NCBI GenBank assembly: GCA_041178425.1
Contig: JBEGVH010000016.1
Coordinates: forward strand, 32,001 to 96,000
Direction: 5' to 3'
From: Pseudomonadota bacterium
Lineage (GTDB): Bacteria > Bdellovibrionota > Bdellovibrionia > Bdellovibrionales > Bdellovibrionaceae
Length of the DNA stretch: 64,000 bases
The position numbers were made by a program, and so were the translations under genes. Under the pieces are notes generated by a model. That model was not told the origin of the DNA and did not search any database. It saw nothing but the letters and a program-made list of their open reading frames with translations. Below are positions 9,077 through 17,586 of this stretch, piece by piece (the first letter of the stretch is position 1; each line of letters begins with the position of its first letter).

Positions 9077-9724
9077 CTATTCTTTCTCTTCCATTTTCCA
9101 TAAAAACTGTTTGGCATCGGGAGCAAGAACTCCAAGATTTTCTCCTGCTGAAATCTTGTCTCCTATTTGTCGGTCAGAGAACTGAAAGTTTCCAATAAGC
9201 AAAGACTTTACACCTTGATGATCTAACTTTGCGACTTCAAGACCATTTTCGAGTTTGAAGCTCCCAAGCCACTGAGCATCCCACGGACTCTGAATCGGAG
9301 TTGGCTTTCCCTCATTCGACTGAATCTTATCAAATTGAATAGCCTTGTTACGCTCCTGAACCTGCCCCATCCAGAGGTCTTTTTGACTCAGTGGTAAAGG
9401 CCCCATTGGCTTTTCTTTTGGAACTCTGATGCCAAGACGATCTCCGTATCGATCAACTAACTGATCGTAGATCATTTTACCGAGCCCGATCCCCCCCTTG
9501 TCGCCCCACTGTTCGACATACTGCTGATCGAGCTGCTCGCGATAGTATTTTTCAGCAAAACCAGATGGCATGAACTCGCTCTCATTCACCGTGGCTCGCA
9601 TTTGTTTTACCATTTCGCGAAGAAATTGCTTTTCATAGAGAGAAGCAACATCCTTCAGCTGCTTTTCTGCAGCTGAAGGTTCCATGATTCGACTGGGCGG
9701 ATTGGATTTAATGTTGATTCCCAT
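9077..9724 (-). CDS. flgJ: FlgJ rod-binding protein without glucosaminidase domain
   Basis: Rod-binding motif LKDVASLYEKQFLREMVKQMRAT...LDQQY...GIGLGKMIYDQL; follows flgI. Confidence 0.85.
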   Translation of the reverse strand: MGINIKSNPPSRIMEPSAAEKQLKDVASLYEKQFLREMVKQMRATVNESEFMPSGFAEKYYREQLDQQYVEQWGDKGGIGLGKMIYDQLVDRYGDRLGIRVPKEKPMGPLPLSQKDLWMGQVQERNKAIQFDKIQSNEGKPTPIQSPWDAQWLGSFKLENGLEVAKLDHQGVKSLLIGNFQFSDRQIGDKISAGENLGVLAPDAKQFLWKMEEKE

Positions 9725-9734
9725 ATTTTAAAGA

Positions 9735-9940
9735 AGAAAAAAGTGGGGAGGTTAAGTTTGAATCGCGTGCATCCTGCACTGACTCTTTAAGCTTCGGCCT
9801 ATTATCACCATTCCTTGGTGTGCTGACCTTGTGCCCTTGTTTCCTGCAAAGAAACGTTTTTTTTACTCTTGACCATCCATGGTTCGAGATTCTTACTCAC
9901 CCTCCCCGAACCTTAAACACATCCATGTGTCTAAGGCTTA
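9735..9940 (-). ncRNA. Candidate CsrA-binding (CsrB/RsmY-like) structured RNA with five ANGGA-loop hairpins
   Basis: Minus-strand hairpins ACAC-AUGGAU-GUGU, ACC-AUGGAU-GGU, UUG-CAGGAAA-CAA, CACCA-AGGAA-UGGUG and GUGC-AGGAU-GCAC; closing helix GGGGAGG/CCUCCCC followed by a U-tract. Boundaries are approximate. Confidence 0.7.
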
Positions 9941-9996
9941 AAAACAAACTTATAAATTTAGTGTAATAAAAAATGTAAAAATCTTATACATATTTC

Positions 9997-11028
9997 TCAT
10001 AAAATCTGTAATTCCCCGTGCAAAGCTCCAGCTGCCTTTATGGACTGAAGTATAGTTATCAGGTCTTTTGGAGAGATTCCGAGCTTATTTAAGCCCTGGA
10101 CTAGCTCCCCAACACTAATCGATCCACCAATAATCGCCATTTTTTCTTCTGCCGCCGACTTGTCTTTTTTGCCATCCGCGCTAGGTACTTTAATCGAAAT
10201 TGATCCGTGACTTAAGACAACTCTTGAAATTTTCACTTTGTCACCAATGACAACAGTACCAGTCTTTTCATTGATAACAACTTTGGCTTGAGAATCAGGA
10301 TTTACCTCAATCGATTCTATATTAGCTAGAAAATCAACGCCTCTCCCCTCGAAAGAAGGCGGAACTATAATATCGATCGTGGCTGGATCTTTTGCTGAGG
10401 CATACAGACCTCCCAATTCTTTGTTGATCGTCAGTACAGCCCTTGTCGCGGTTGTGAAATCAGGATTATTAAGCGTCAAACGAAACATTTTTTTTGAATT
10501 AAAATCACTTGAAATATCTTTTTCAATCATTGCCCCATTGGGAACCCGGCCCACGGTTGTATGAGCTTCTTTTTCGGCCCCAATAAAAACAGGCCCTTGT
10601 GCCACACCATAAACTTCTTCATTGGCGGCTCGCATCGGTGTCATAAGAAGAGTTCCCCCTTGTAAACTGGAGGCACTTCCGATTGAATTCACCATCACAT
10701 CAATAGTATTTCCTGCTTTTCCAAAAGCCGGCAAGGTCGCCGTAACCACAACAGCAGCGACGTTTTTACTTTCAAGATCTTGATTCTCAAGTTTCAATCC
10801 TAATTTATCAAGCATTCTAACAAAGCTTTTTTTTGTGAACTCATCCTTGGCATCTCCAGTACCCTTAAGACCTATCACTAGGCCATAACCAATGAGCTGG
10901 TTTTCTCTAACACCTCGAATATTCGCGATATCTTTGAGACGTGAAGCCAAACACCATTCTGAACTCAGCAAAATTAATAGAGAGGCTAAAATAAATCTTA
11001 TCTTTACTGATCTTTGGTCTAGTCTCAT
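9997..11028 (-). CDS. flgI: Flagellar P-ring protein
   Basis: RLKDIA...GVRENQLIGYGLVIGLKGTGD, KNVAAVVVTA, SLQGGTLL. Confidence 0.97.
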   Translation of the reverse strand: MRLDQRSVKIRFILASLLILLSSEWCLASRLKDIANIRGVRENQLIGYGLVIGLKGTGDAKDEFTKKSFVRMLDKLGLKLENQDLESKNVAAVVVTATLPAFGKAGNTIDVMVNSIGSASSLQGGTLLMTPMRAANEEVYGVAQGPVFIGAEKEAHTTVGRVPNGAMIEKDISSDFNSKKMFRLTLNNPDFTTATRAVLTINKELGGLYASAKDPATIDIIVPPSFEGRGVDFLANIESIEVNPDSQAKVVINEKTGTVVIGDKVKISRVVLSHGSISIKVPSADGKKDKSAAEEKMAIIGGSISVGELVQGLNKLGISPKDLITILQSIKAAGALHGELQIL

Positions 11029-11846
11029 TGAAGACTCCTTCTGAGGCTCACGACGTCAATTTGCGGATCTAGTAGTTTGTTAGAGCTAATTCCTTCGTCA
11101 GAGAAATCTTCTGGGCGAACCAAGCCAGTCACGATCACGCGAAATTCTTTTTTACCAATCATGAAGGATTGCTGTCCTTTTACCCGATAATTTCCATCAC
11201 CCATTCTTTCGGAGACGCGAGTAGGAACTGTTTCGAGATTGATCGGAATATCGGCTTCCTCGGACGGATCGGCTTGTTTACTAACGACTCCCGAACCCGT
11301 TGAGGGAGCATTGGCTGGCGGAATTGCTTTTTCACCATTACCTTGATTAGGCTGAGGACTGGTAGCCTCAGAAGCGGGATCTCGAGGAGAATTTGCTGCC
11401 AAAGGTGCACCGCTAGCACTCCCCGGCTGGGGCGCAACTATATCTAGTCTTGCCAGTAACTTCTTGATCACCTGGATCTTAGAATCAATTTGTGTTTTAG
11501 CATTGCCTTCCATTTTAACAGTCAAGAGGTCACCCTCTCGATGCAATTTATTTTGCGTAAACAAATAAGATGAAGGCCCCTCTGTATTCCATAAAGACCC
11601 AGCCCGACTTCCAACGTCACTCTCCTCTTCAAGAGACTTTCTTGTCATCCGACGGTATCGCCTTTCATTAAAAGCCCCAATATTTGGATTTTCCGAAAAT
11701 CGAACGGGATCTTTTTTTATCGCTTCAACAGGTTGCCGACTTGCATTGTCTGGTGGATTTGGACTGGTATCGAACATTGGCCCCAAGGTTTCACAACCCA
11801 TCAACAAAAACGATATACCTATAAGAGCGTAAAGGTAATTCATCAC
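11025..11846 (-). CDS. flgH: Flagellar L-ring lipoprotein with a Pro/Ala/Ser-rich insertion
   Basis: Lipobox LMGC, GSLW, GDLLTV, GNYRVKG and GLVRPED motifs; lies between flgA and flgI. Confidence 0.88.
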   Translation of the reverse strand: MMNYLYALIGISFLLMGCETLGPMFDTSPNPPDNASRQPVEAIKKDPVRFSENPNIGAFNERRYRRMTRKSLEEESDVGSRAGSLWNTEGPSSYLFTQNKLHREGDLLTVKMEGNAKTQIDSKIQVIKKLLARLDIVAPQPGSASGAPLAANSPRDPASEATSPQPNQGNGEKAIPPANAPSTGSGVVSKQADPSEEADIPINLETVPTRVSERMGDGNYRVKGQQSFMIGKKEFRVIVTGLVRPEDFSDEGISSNKLLDPQIDVVSLRRSLQ

Positions 11847-12781
11847 TGTACCTCCACCAATCCTTTACCAGAAATGACTCCAGAAAAGGTTTTTTGAGTC
11901 TCCATATTTTTTATTTTTATATTATCACCGATAGATCCATTTTGCTCGGCCACCCCACTAGCCGACAGCAAAAAACTATCACTTTTATAGTGCACCTGAA
12001 CAACCTGCCCCTTTTCGACCAGGCTTTCCTTTTTTAGCTGTCGATATTGGATAGGCTCACCTGCTCCCAGGGGGAAAGATAATGTTCGACCTATGATTTC
12101 TTCCATTTTCGGAACGAACCCTTGATTCAAGGTAACATCCTTTTTGGCCAAAACGAGGTCTTTCGAATCAATCCTTTGATTAGCCGTTAATGGTCGACTT
12201 AAAACCGGCAACTCTTGGAAGATTCGAAACTCGCCGTTAACACTAAAGTTTTTATCATCAGCGGTTATGAGCATTCTAAATTGATTGATTCCATCAACTC
12301 GAAAGGAACCCCATTTAACAGAGTTATTTTTCTCACATTCTAGTCTTGGAACTTGCACCCTTACAATTTCATGAATTTTATCTTCAAACTGACTCAGAAA
12401 TTGCTGCTCGAGCCATGGAAAAACTGTTTCAGGGGTTAGAAATTTCTCCCGTGTAAAGGTAATCCGAGAGGGAATCCTAAGCTCAACGTTCGAAAGACAG
12501 AGTGACCGCGATTTTTTTAGCAGGTCTACTATGCGTTCTTGGGTTAGCTCAATGATTTGAGCTGATTTAATAATCTCACTGTCGGAAAAATCAAGAGGAC
12601 TCACTGAATCTAAACAATCAGCTTCTTTCGGAGATAGGCCCGACATAACAGACTGCCAGGAGATAGAATGGCCACAGAGACGAACAGCTTTGCTTGAAAA
12701 GAAAACAGCACGCTCATCATCGGCATGAACAGCCTCAGTAAAAATCATCATACTTAAGATGAGAACCAAAAATCTATTCAT
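11843..12781 (-). CDS. flgA: Flagellar P-ring assembly chaperone FlgA
   Basis: C-terminal SAF/FlgA motif LVEKGQVV...GVAEQNGSIGDNIKIKN; synteny. Confidence 0.88.
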   Translation of the reverse strand: MNRFLVLILSMMIFTEAVHADDERAVFFSSKAVRLCGHSISWQSVMSGLSPKEADCLDSVSPLDFSDSEIIKSAQIIELTQERIVDLLKKSRSLCLSNVELRIPSRITFTREKFLTPETVFPWLEQQFLSQFEDKIHEIVRVQVPRLECEKNNSVKWGSFRVDGINQFRMLITADDKNFSVNGEFRIFQELPVLSRPLTANQRIDSKDLVLAKKDVTLNQGFVPKMEEIIGRTLSFPLGAGEPIQYRQLKKESLVEKGQVVQVHYKSDSFLLSASGVAEQNGSIGDNIKIKNMETQKTFSGVISGKGLVEVQ

Positions 12782-12786
12782 TCTTA

Positions 12787-13572
12787 TTACCTCAGATTAT
12801 TAATCGATTGAAGCATTTGATCAGCCGATTGAATGACCTTAGAATTGGTTTCATAAGCTCTTTGAGCGGTAATCATGTTAACCATTTCGTCAACAATATT
12901 CACGTTACTTCCCTCTAACTGACCCTGAGCTAAAAAGCCCGATCCATTAAGGCCAGGACGCGTCGTTGTGGGTGCACCACTTGCTCCTGTCTGTAAAAAT
13001 AAATTTTTACCTGCGGCACTTAAACCCGAAGGGTTCACAAATGTGACTATATCTATTTGTCCTATTTGCGCTGGTGGGCTATTTACATCCTGCAGAACGA
13101 GAACCTCACCTGCCGAAGAAATCTCAACACCTCGAGCCGTTGTTGGAATAGTAATTTCTGGCTGAAGGGCGTTTCCGTTTTTATCCACAATCTTTCCGTT
13201 TGCATCTTTTTTGAATGAGCCGTCACGTGTGTAGGCAATTTGTCCATCGGGAGTCATGACCTGAAAAAAACCAGAGCCTTCGATCTGTAAATCGAGAGTC
13301 CCTTTGGTGATAATTGCTGTACCCTCATCAAAGGTTTTCTGAATGGCGGCAGTTCTCACACCTAGGCCCGTCTGAACCCCTGTGGGTGAGACGGCATTCA
13401 TGCCAGTCGCCGCGCCTGGTTCTTTGAGAGTGTGATACATAAGGTCTTCGAACTCCGCGCGCGATTTTTTAAATCCTGATGTATTTACGTTTGCAAGATT
13501 GTTGGCAATAACGTCGAGATTCGTTTGTTGCGCCTGCATTCCAGTCGCAGCTGTCGTTAAACTTTTAATCAT
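12787..13572 (-). CDS. flgG: Flagellar distal rod protein FlgG
   Basis: ANNLANVNTSGFKKSRAEFEDL, YTRDGSF, LEGSNVNIVDEMV; 261 aa. Confidence 0.97.
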   Translation of the reverse strand: MIKSLTTAATGMQAQQTNLDVIANNLANVNTSGFKKSRAEFEDLMYHTLKEPGAATGMNAVSPTGVQTGLGVRTAAIQKTFDEGTAIITKGTLDLQIEGSGFFQVMTPDGQIAYTRDGSFKKDANGKIVDKNGNALQPEITIPTTARGVEISSAGEVLVLQDVNSPPAQIGQIDIVTFVNPSGLSAAGKNLFLQTGASGAPTTTRPGLNGSGFLAQGQLEGSNVNIVDEMVNMITAQRAYETNSKVIQSADQMLQSINNLR

Positions 13573-13609
13573 AATTTCAAATCCCCCTATTTATGAACAA
13601 CAAAAGCAC

Positions 13610-14425
13610 CTAGTTAGATCGTGGCACCACGTTAACTAACTTATCAGCCATTGAATCGTAAGCTTGGATTGCTTTTTGCGAGCTCTCAAATAAGCGCGTA
13701 GCACTTATCATATCTGTCATCTCCTGAATGATATTGACATTACTGGTCTCGACAAAGCCCTGCCGAAGTTGCGGATTAACCACGTTGGTTAATTGTGGGT
13801 TCATGTTTTCTTTTAAACCAAAAACAGAATTTCCTTCTTTTTGAAGAGAATCTGGATCTAACAGGTCAATCACTGAAATTTGCGCAGCAACCTCACCATC
13901 AAATAAGATCTCTCCATTTTCGTTAACATTTAACTTCGCACCCACTGGAATTTTGATGACCCTTTGATCGGGAGTAACACCAGGCTCAGCTCTTTTTAGA
14001 ACAGGCCAACCTTCTTTGTTTACTAACTGCCCTTGTCCATCAATTGAAAATGAACCATTTCGGGTAAACTTCACTCCTCGCGGAGAAGCAATTTCAAAAA
14101 AACCTTTTCCATCAAGTGCTAAGTCGAGAGCGTTGCCGGTTGCTTTTAATCCACCTTGCGAAAAATCAGAATAGGTTCCTGCTGAATCGACAAAGCTTTT
14201 GTCGCCACCTTGCATGTCGTAAAAACTTTCAATCGACGCAGGAACTTTAGGTGTTTGTATTACAGACGGTGGTTTTTCATTTGCGGTTAAGTACTCTTTA
14301 AATATTTGGGTGTCTTTCTTAAAACCAGGAGTATTTACGTTAGCCAGATTGTTGGCCACAGTTTCTAGTCTAAGGTTCTGTGCCATGGCACCACTCACAG
14401 CAGTATACAATCCTTTAATACTCAT
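13610..14425 (-). CDS. flgF: Flagellar proximal rod protein FlgF
   Basis: ANNLANVNTPGFK, FTRNGSF, ETSNVN; directly upstream of flgG. Confidence 0.9.
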   Translation of the reverse strand: MSIKGLYTAVSGAMAQNLRLETVANNLANVNTPGFKKDTQIFKEYLTANEKPPSVIQTPKVPASIESFYDMQGGDKSFVDSAGTYSDFSQGGLKATGNALDLALDGKGFFEIASPRGVKFTRNGSFSIDGQGQLVNKEGWPVLKRAEPGVTPDQRVIKIPVGAKLNVNENGEILFDGEVAAQISVIDLLDPDSLQKEGNSVFGLKENMNPQLTNVVNPQLRQGFVETSNVNIIQEMTDMISATRLFESSQKAIQAYDSMADKLVNVVPRSN

Positions 14426-14450
14426 ATTTCCCTCTTACCGAAAAGAGAGA

Positions 14451-14466
14451 AGCAACTTCAATGCCA
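14451..14466 (-). promoter_or_regulatory. Sigma54 (-24/-12) promoter of the flgF operon
   Basis: Minus strand TGGCAT-TGAAG-TTGCT matches TGGCAC-N5-TTGCW; 25 nt upstream of the flgF ATG. Confidence 0.85.
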
Positions 14467-14666
14467 TCTTTAATGCTAGACTTTAGGCTCGGGCGTGAAT
14501 TCTGAACGTGGATGTTTTTGGACGATGGTAATAAAAAGACTTTCAATGGCGTCAATATCTGCACATGGATCCGTCAAAATAATTGAATCGCTTGTCTTTG
14601 GTCTGCCTGCTAAAAACCAACAATAAATCGCTCGACGAGTTTTCATTTTGTGAAGATACTGATTCT

Positions 14667-15596
14667 ATGAAAAAAGCCCTCATTTGGACGATCAATATAA
14701 TGATGAGTACCGCACACTGTCTGCCGAATACGGCAATAAAAAAGCCTGAGGCTTCTTTGAGTACCAAGACGATGATCTCAGATGCCTCAGCACCGTTGAT
14801 ATTTGATATTCCGGTTACCTACAACAGCCAAGTCAGTCGTTGGATTAAGACCTACCAAACGGGTGGCCAGAATATGTTTAAGCGATGGCTCGAACGGTCT
14901 TACAAATACTTTCCGATGATAAAAAAAGAACTCGAGAGAAATAACTTACCAAAAGATTTAGCTTATATGGTTATGATTGAGAGCGGATTTGCGCCTCTTG
15001 CGACGAGCCATGCTGAAGCTGTCGGCCCCTGGCAGTTTATAGAGTCTACTGCTAATCGATATGGCCTACAAACTAACTGGTGGCTAGATGAGAGAAGAGA
15101 CTTTCGTAAAAGCACTTTAGCTGCTATCAGCTACATGCGTGATCTCTATGCTGAATTTGGCTCATGGTATCTGGTGGCTGCAAGCTACAACATGGGCGAG
15201 AATGGCTTACGGAGAACTATTCAAAAACACCAAACCAAAGATTACTGGAAGCTCATTCAACTCAAAGCTCTTCCCACGGAAACGGCTGAGTACGTCCCCA
15301 AACTACTAGCGTCGATGTTAGTGGCCAAAGCTCCCAGTCTCTACGGTTTTCGCTCTCTTCGAGCCATGGAACCCATTGATTACCAAATCGTAAACGCCCC
15401 AGGCGGTTCCCAATTAGATGAGCTCGCCGATTATTTGGGGGTCACACGCCAATATCTCAGAGAGATTAATCCGGAGCTCAAGGTTGGATTTATTCCTAAA
15501 GAGATTGCAAACCATCCTATTCACGTACCTAAAGGCTCTTTGAAGCTTGCGAAACAATTTATTTCCAAGAGTGAAAAATCTGTGGCAGTAGAATAA
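14667..15596 (+). CDS. MltD-like lytic transglycosylase (SLT domain, LysM-like C-terminus)
   Basis: MIESGF (catalytic Glu), AVGPWQF, ASYNMGE, ETAEYVPK; ATG at 14667 preferred over the upstream TTG. Confidence 0.92.
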   Translation: MKKALIWTINIMMSTAHCLPNTAIKKPEASLSTKTMISDASAPLIFDIPVTYNSQVSRWIKTYQTGGQNMFKRWLERSYKYFPMIKKELERNNLPKDLAYMVMIESGFAPLATSHAEAVGPWQFIESTANRYGLQTNWWLDERRDFRKSTLAAISYMRDLYAEFGSWYLVAASYNMGENGLRRTIQKHQTKDYWKLIQLKALPTETAEYVPKLLASMLVAKAPSLYGFRSLRAMEPIDYQIVNAPGGSQLDELADYLGVTRQYLREINPELKVGFIPKEIANHPIHVPKGSLKLAKQFISKSEKSVAVE

Positions 15597-15598
15597 AC

Positions 15599-16786
15599 AT
15601 GAAAACATTGGTTAAAAAATACGGTGGAGCCACTCTTGCTGATCCAGATAAGATTAAGGCCGTTGCTCAAAGTTTAAATGAGTGCCATCGGCGTGGAGAA
15701 AGGCTCCTCGTTGTTGTCAGCGCCATGGGGCAGACGACAAATAATTTAATTGAGCTTGCTCAAAATGTGAGTGTTCGCCCTAAAAAAAGAGAACTTGATA
15801 TGCTTCTCTCAACCGGCGAACGAATTAGTATGTCACTCCTTAGTATGGCGCTGAATGACCTGCAATGTCCTGCTATTAGTTTTACGGGATCGCAAGCAGG
15901 GGTACTAACTGACGAATCTCACTTAAACGCTTTCATCACTGATGTGAATCCTATTCGAGTTAAAGAAGCGCTTTCAAAAAATCAAATTGTCATTATTGCC
16001 GGATTTCAAGGTGTTTCTCCGAAGACCAAAGAAATCACTACACTTGGACGTGGTGGCTCCGATACGACGGCCGTTGCCATGGCCGCTGCCATTGGTGCGG
16101 ATCACTGCGAAATACTTAAAGACGTGTCTGGCGTTTTTTCTGCCGACCCTAAGATTTGTAAAAAAGCAAAACACATCTGTAGGCTCACATACCAACAAAT
16201 GTTAGAAATGAGCTTTTGGGGGGCCAAGGTCCTACACTACCGATCCGTTGAACTGGCTCATCAGAGAAATGTCCCTATTTATATCGGACCAGCCCATGAC
16301 ACCACTCAAGGAACATGGATCAAAGAAAAGGACGGCAACATGTTTGAGTCAATGAATGTCATTTCTATTAATTCTCATAATGAAATTTTAAAATTAAAAA
16401 TTAAAGAAAAAAGTTTGCCAGAAGGGCTGTCTCATTTACAGTCTCTATTTAGCCAAAAAGAAATTGCTTTCCCACAATTGTTAACTACAGAATCAACACC
16501 AGAAAATGAGAACTTCGTTTATCTTGCCGGTCCAAGCGAAGTCTTGTCGGCGATTAAACGAGAAGCAACAAGTCTCATAGTAAATAATAAATCATTTTCA
16601 ACGGTGACTGCTACTTGCACGGGGGTTTCAACTCCCGAAATAGCAATTAAAATTTCGAGTCAGTTAGCCAAAATCGGAATTCCTATCGAGCGGATTTGGA
16701 TGTCTGGACTTAGCTGCACTGTGCTTGTTAGCCAAGAAATGCGAGAAAAAGCAATAGCGGCCATTCACGAACTCATACCTTCGTAA
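15599..16786 (+). CDS. lysC: Aspartate kinase
   Basis: KYGG, VVVSAMG, TTLGRGGSDTTA, DVSGVFSADP; ACT-like C-terminus. Confidence 0.95.
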   Translation: MKTLVKKYGGATLADPDKIKAVAQSLNECHRRGERLLVVVSAMGQTTNNLIELAQNVSVRPKKRELDMLLSTGERISMSLLSMALNDLQCPAISFTGSQAGVLTDESHLNAFITDVNPIRVKEALSKNQIVIIAGFQGVSPKTKEITTLGRGGSDTTAVAMAAAIGADHCEILKDVSGVFSADPKICKKAKHICRLTYQQMLEMSFWGAKVLHYRSVELAHQRNVPIYIGPAHDTTQGTWIKEKDGNMFESMNVISINSHNEILKLKIKEKSLPEGLSHLQSLFSQKEIAFPQLLTTESTPENENFVYLAGPSEVLSAIKREATSLIVNNKSFSTVTATCTGVSTPEIAIKISSQLAKIGIPIERIWMSGLSCTVLVSQEMREKAIAAIHELIPS

Positions 16787-16789
16787 GAA

Positions 16790-17584
16790 TCAACCACCCG
16801 CCTTTTGGAGCCTCCACTCAGCCAACGAAGACTGAAGGTTACTTTTTACCTTAGTGTCGAGCATTGGATCTTGGGCCGCTCGCTCGTAGAAATCAAAAGA
16901 TCCTTCATTGATGAATGGCTGAATTTTCTCAGAGAGTCCCTGACGTACTAAGAGAGATCCCGAAAATAGAGCTGCTCGCACTTTTTCGTGCACTCGATCT
17001 GCACCATCGCCACCAAGATGCCGACTCAACTCTTGAATCGCTAAATCAAGTAGATTGGAATCATGAAAATCTAAAACTCCTTCAGAAACGGCTTCAATAT
17101 TTTCTGCGGCCGCATCTTGAGTGAGCAGTAATTTTAGAGCGCTTTCTTTAATGTAACCCTCTTTTTCCATGAGAATTTCTCGAGCGAGTTCGGCAATTTT
17201 AGGTGACTGCATTTTCTTGTTAGCTATGAAGATATACCGTTGATCAACTTTATATGCTAACTCGCGAGCCACGGTCATCTGACGACTTCTTGGGTCTGGC
17301 TCCTGATCAGCTCGACATTGATCATCAATAAGACATTCGCGATAGGAGCTCAAATCGCTTTTTAGTTGAATAATCACTTGCTCCTGAATTGCTATAGACT
17401 CATTCTTTATTTCTAAACGCTTTTCTTCTGCGACTTTACCTGTTGACGCTAAAGACGTCGCGTTCGAAGGGCCCAACACTGGCGATTCCTGGATATCAGA
17501 TTTTTGGAGATCTCCTGCCCAAAAGATGCTTCCTAAAATAAAGACCGCAAAGAATAGGCCGGAGGGAACTTTATCGTATTTCAT
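16790..17584 (-). CDS. Hypothetical membrane-anchored helical (HEAT-like) protein
   Basis: N-terminal hydrophobic segment and helical remainder; ATG 2 nt after the upstream stop, preceded by GAAGGA. Confidence 0.65.
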   Translation of the reverse strand: MKYDKVPSGLFFAVFILGSIFWAGDLQKSDIQESPVLGPSNATSLASTGKVAEEKRLEIKNESIAIQEQVIIQLKSDLSSYRECLIDDQCRADQEPDPRSRQMTVARELAYKVDQRYIFIANKKMQSPKIAELAREILMEKEGYIKESALKLLLTQDAAAENIEAVSEGVLDFHDSNLLDLAIQELSRHLGGDGADRVHEKVRAALFSGSLLVRQGLSEKIQPFINEGSFDFYERAAQDPMLDTKVKSNLQSSLAEWRLQKAGG

Positions 17585-17586
17585 TT

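Noticed and set aside
9735..9940. CRISPR or REP interpretation of the hairpin cluster
   Set aside because: The stems differ in sequence and spacing is irregular; only the loop motif recurs, and there are no cas genes.
13181..13189. Perfect DnaA box TTATCCACA
   Set aside because: A single copy inside the flgG coding sequence, with no cluster or origin context.
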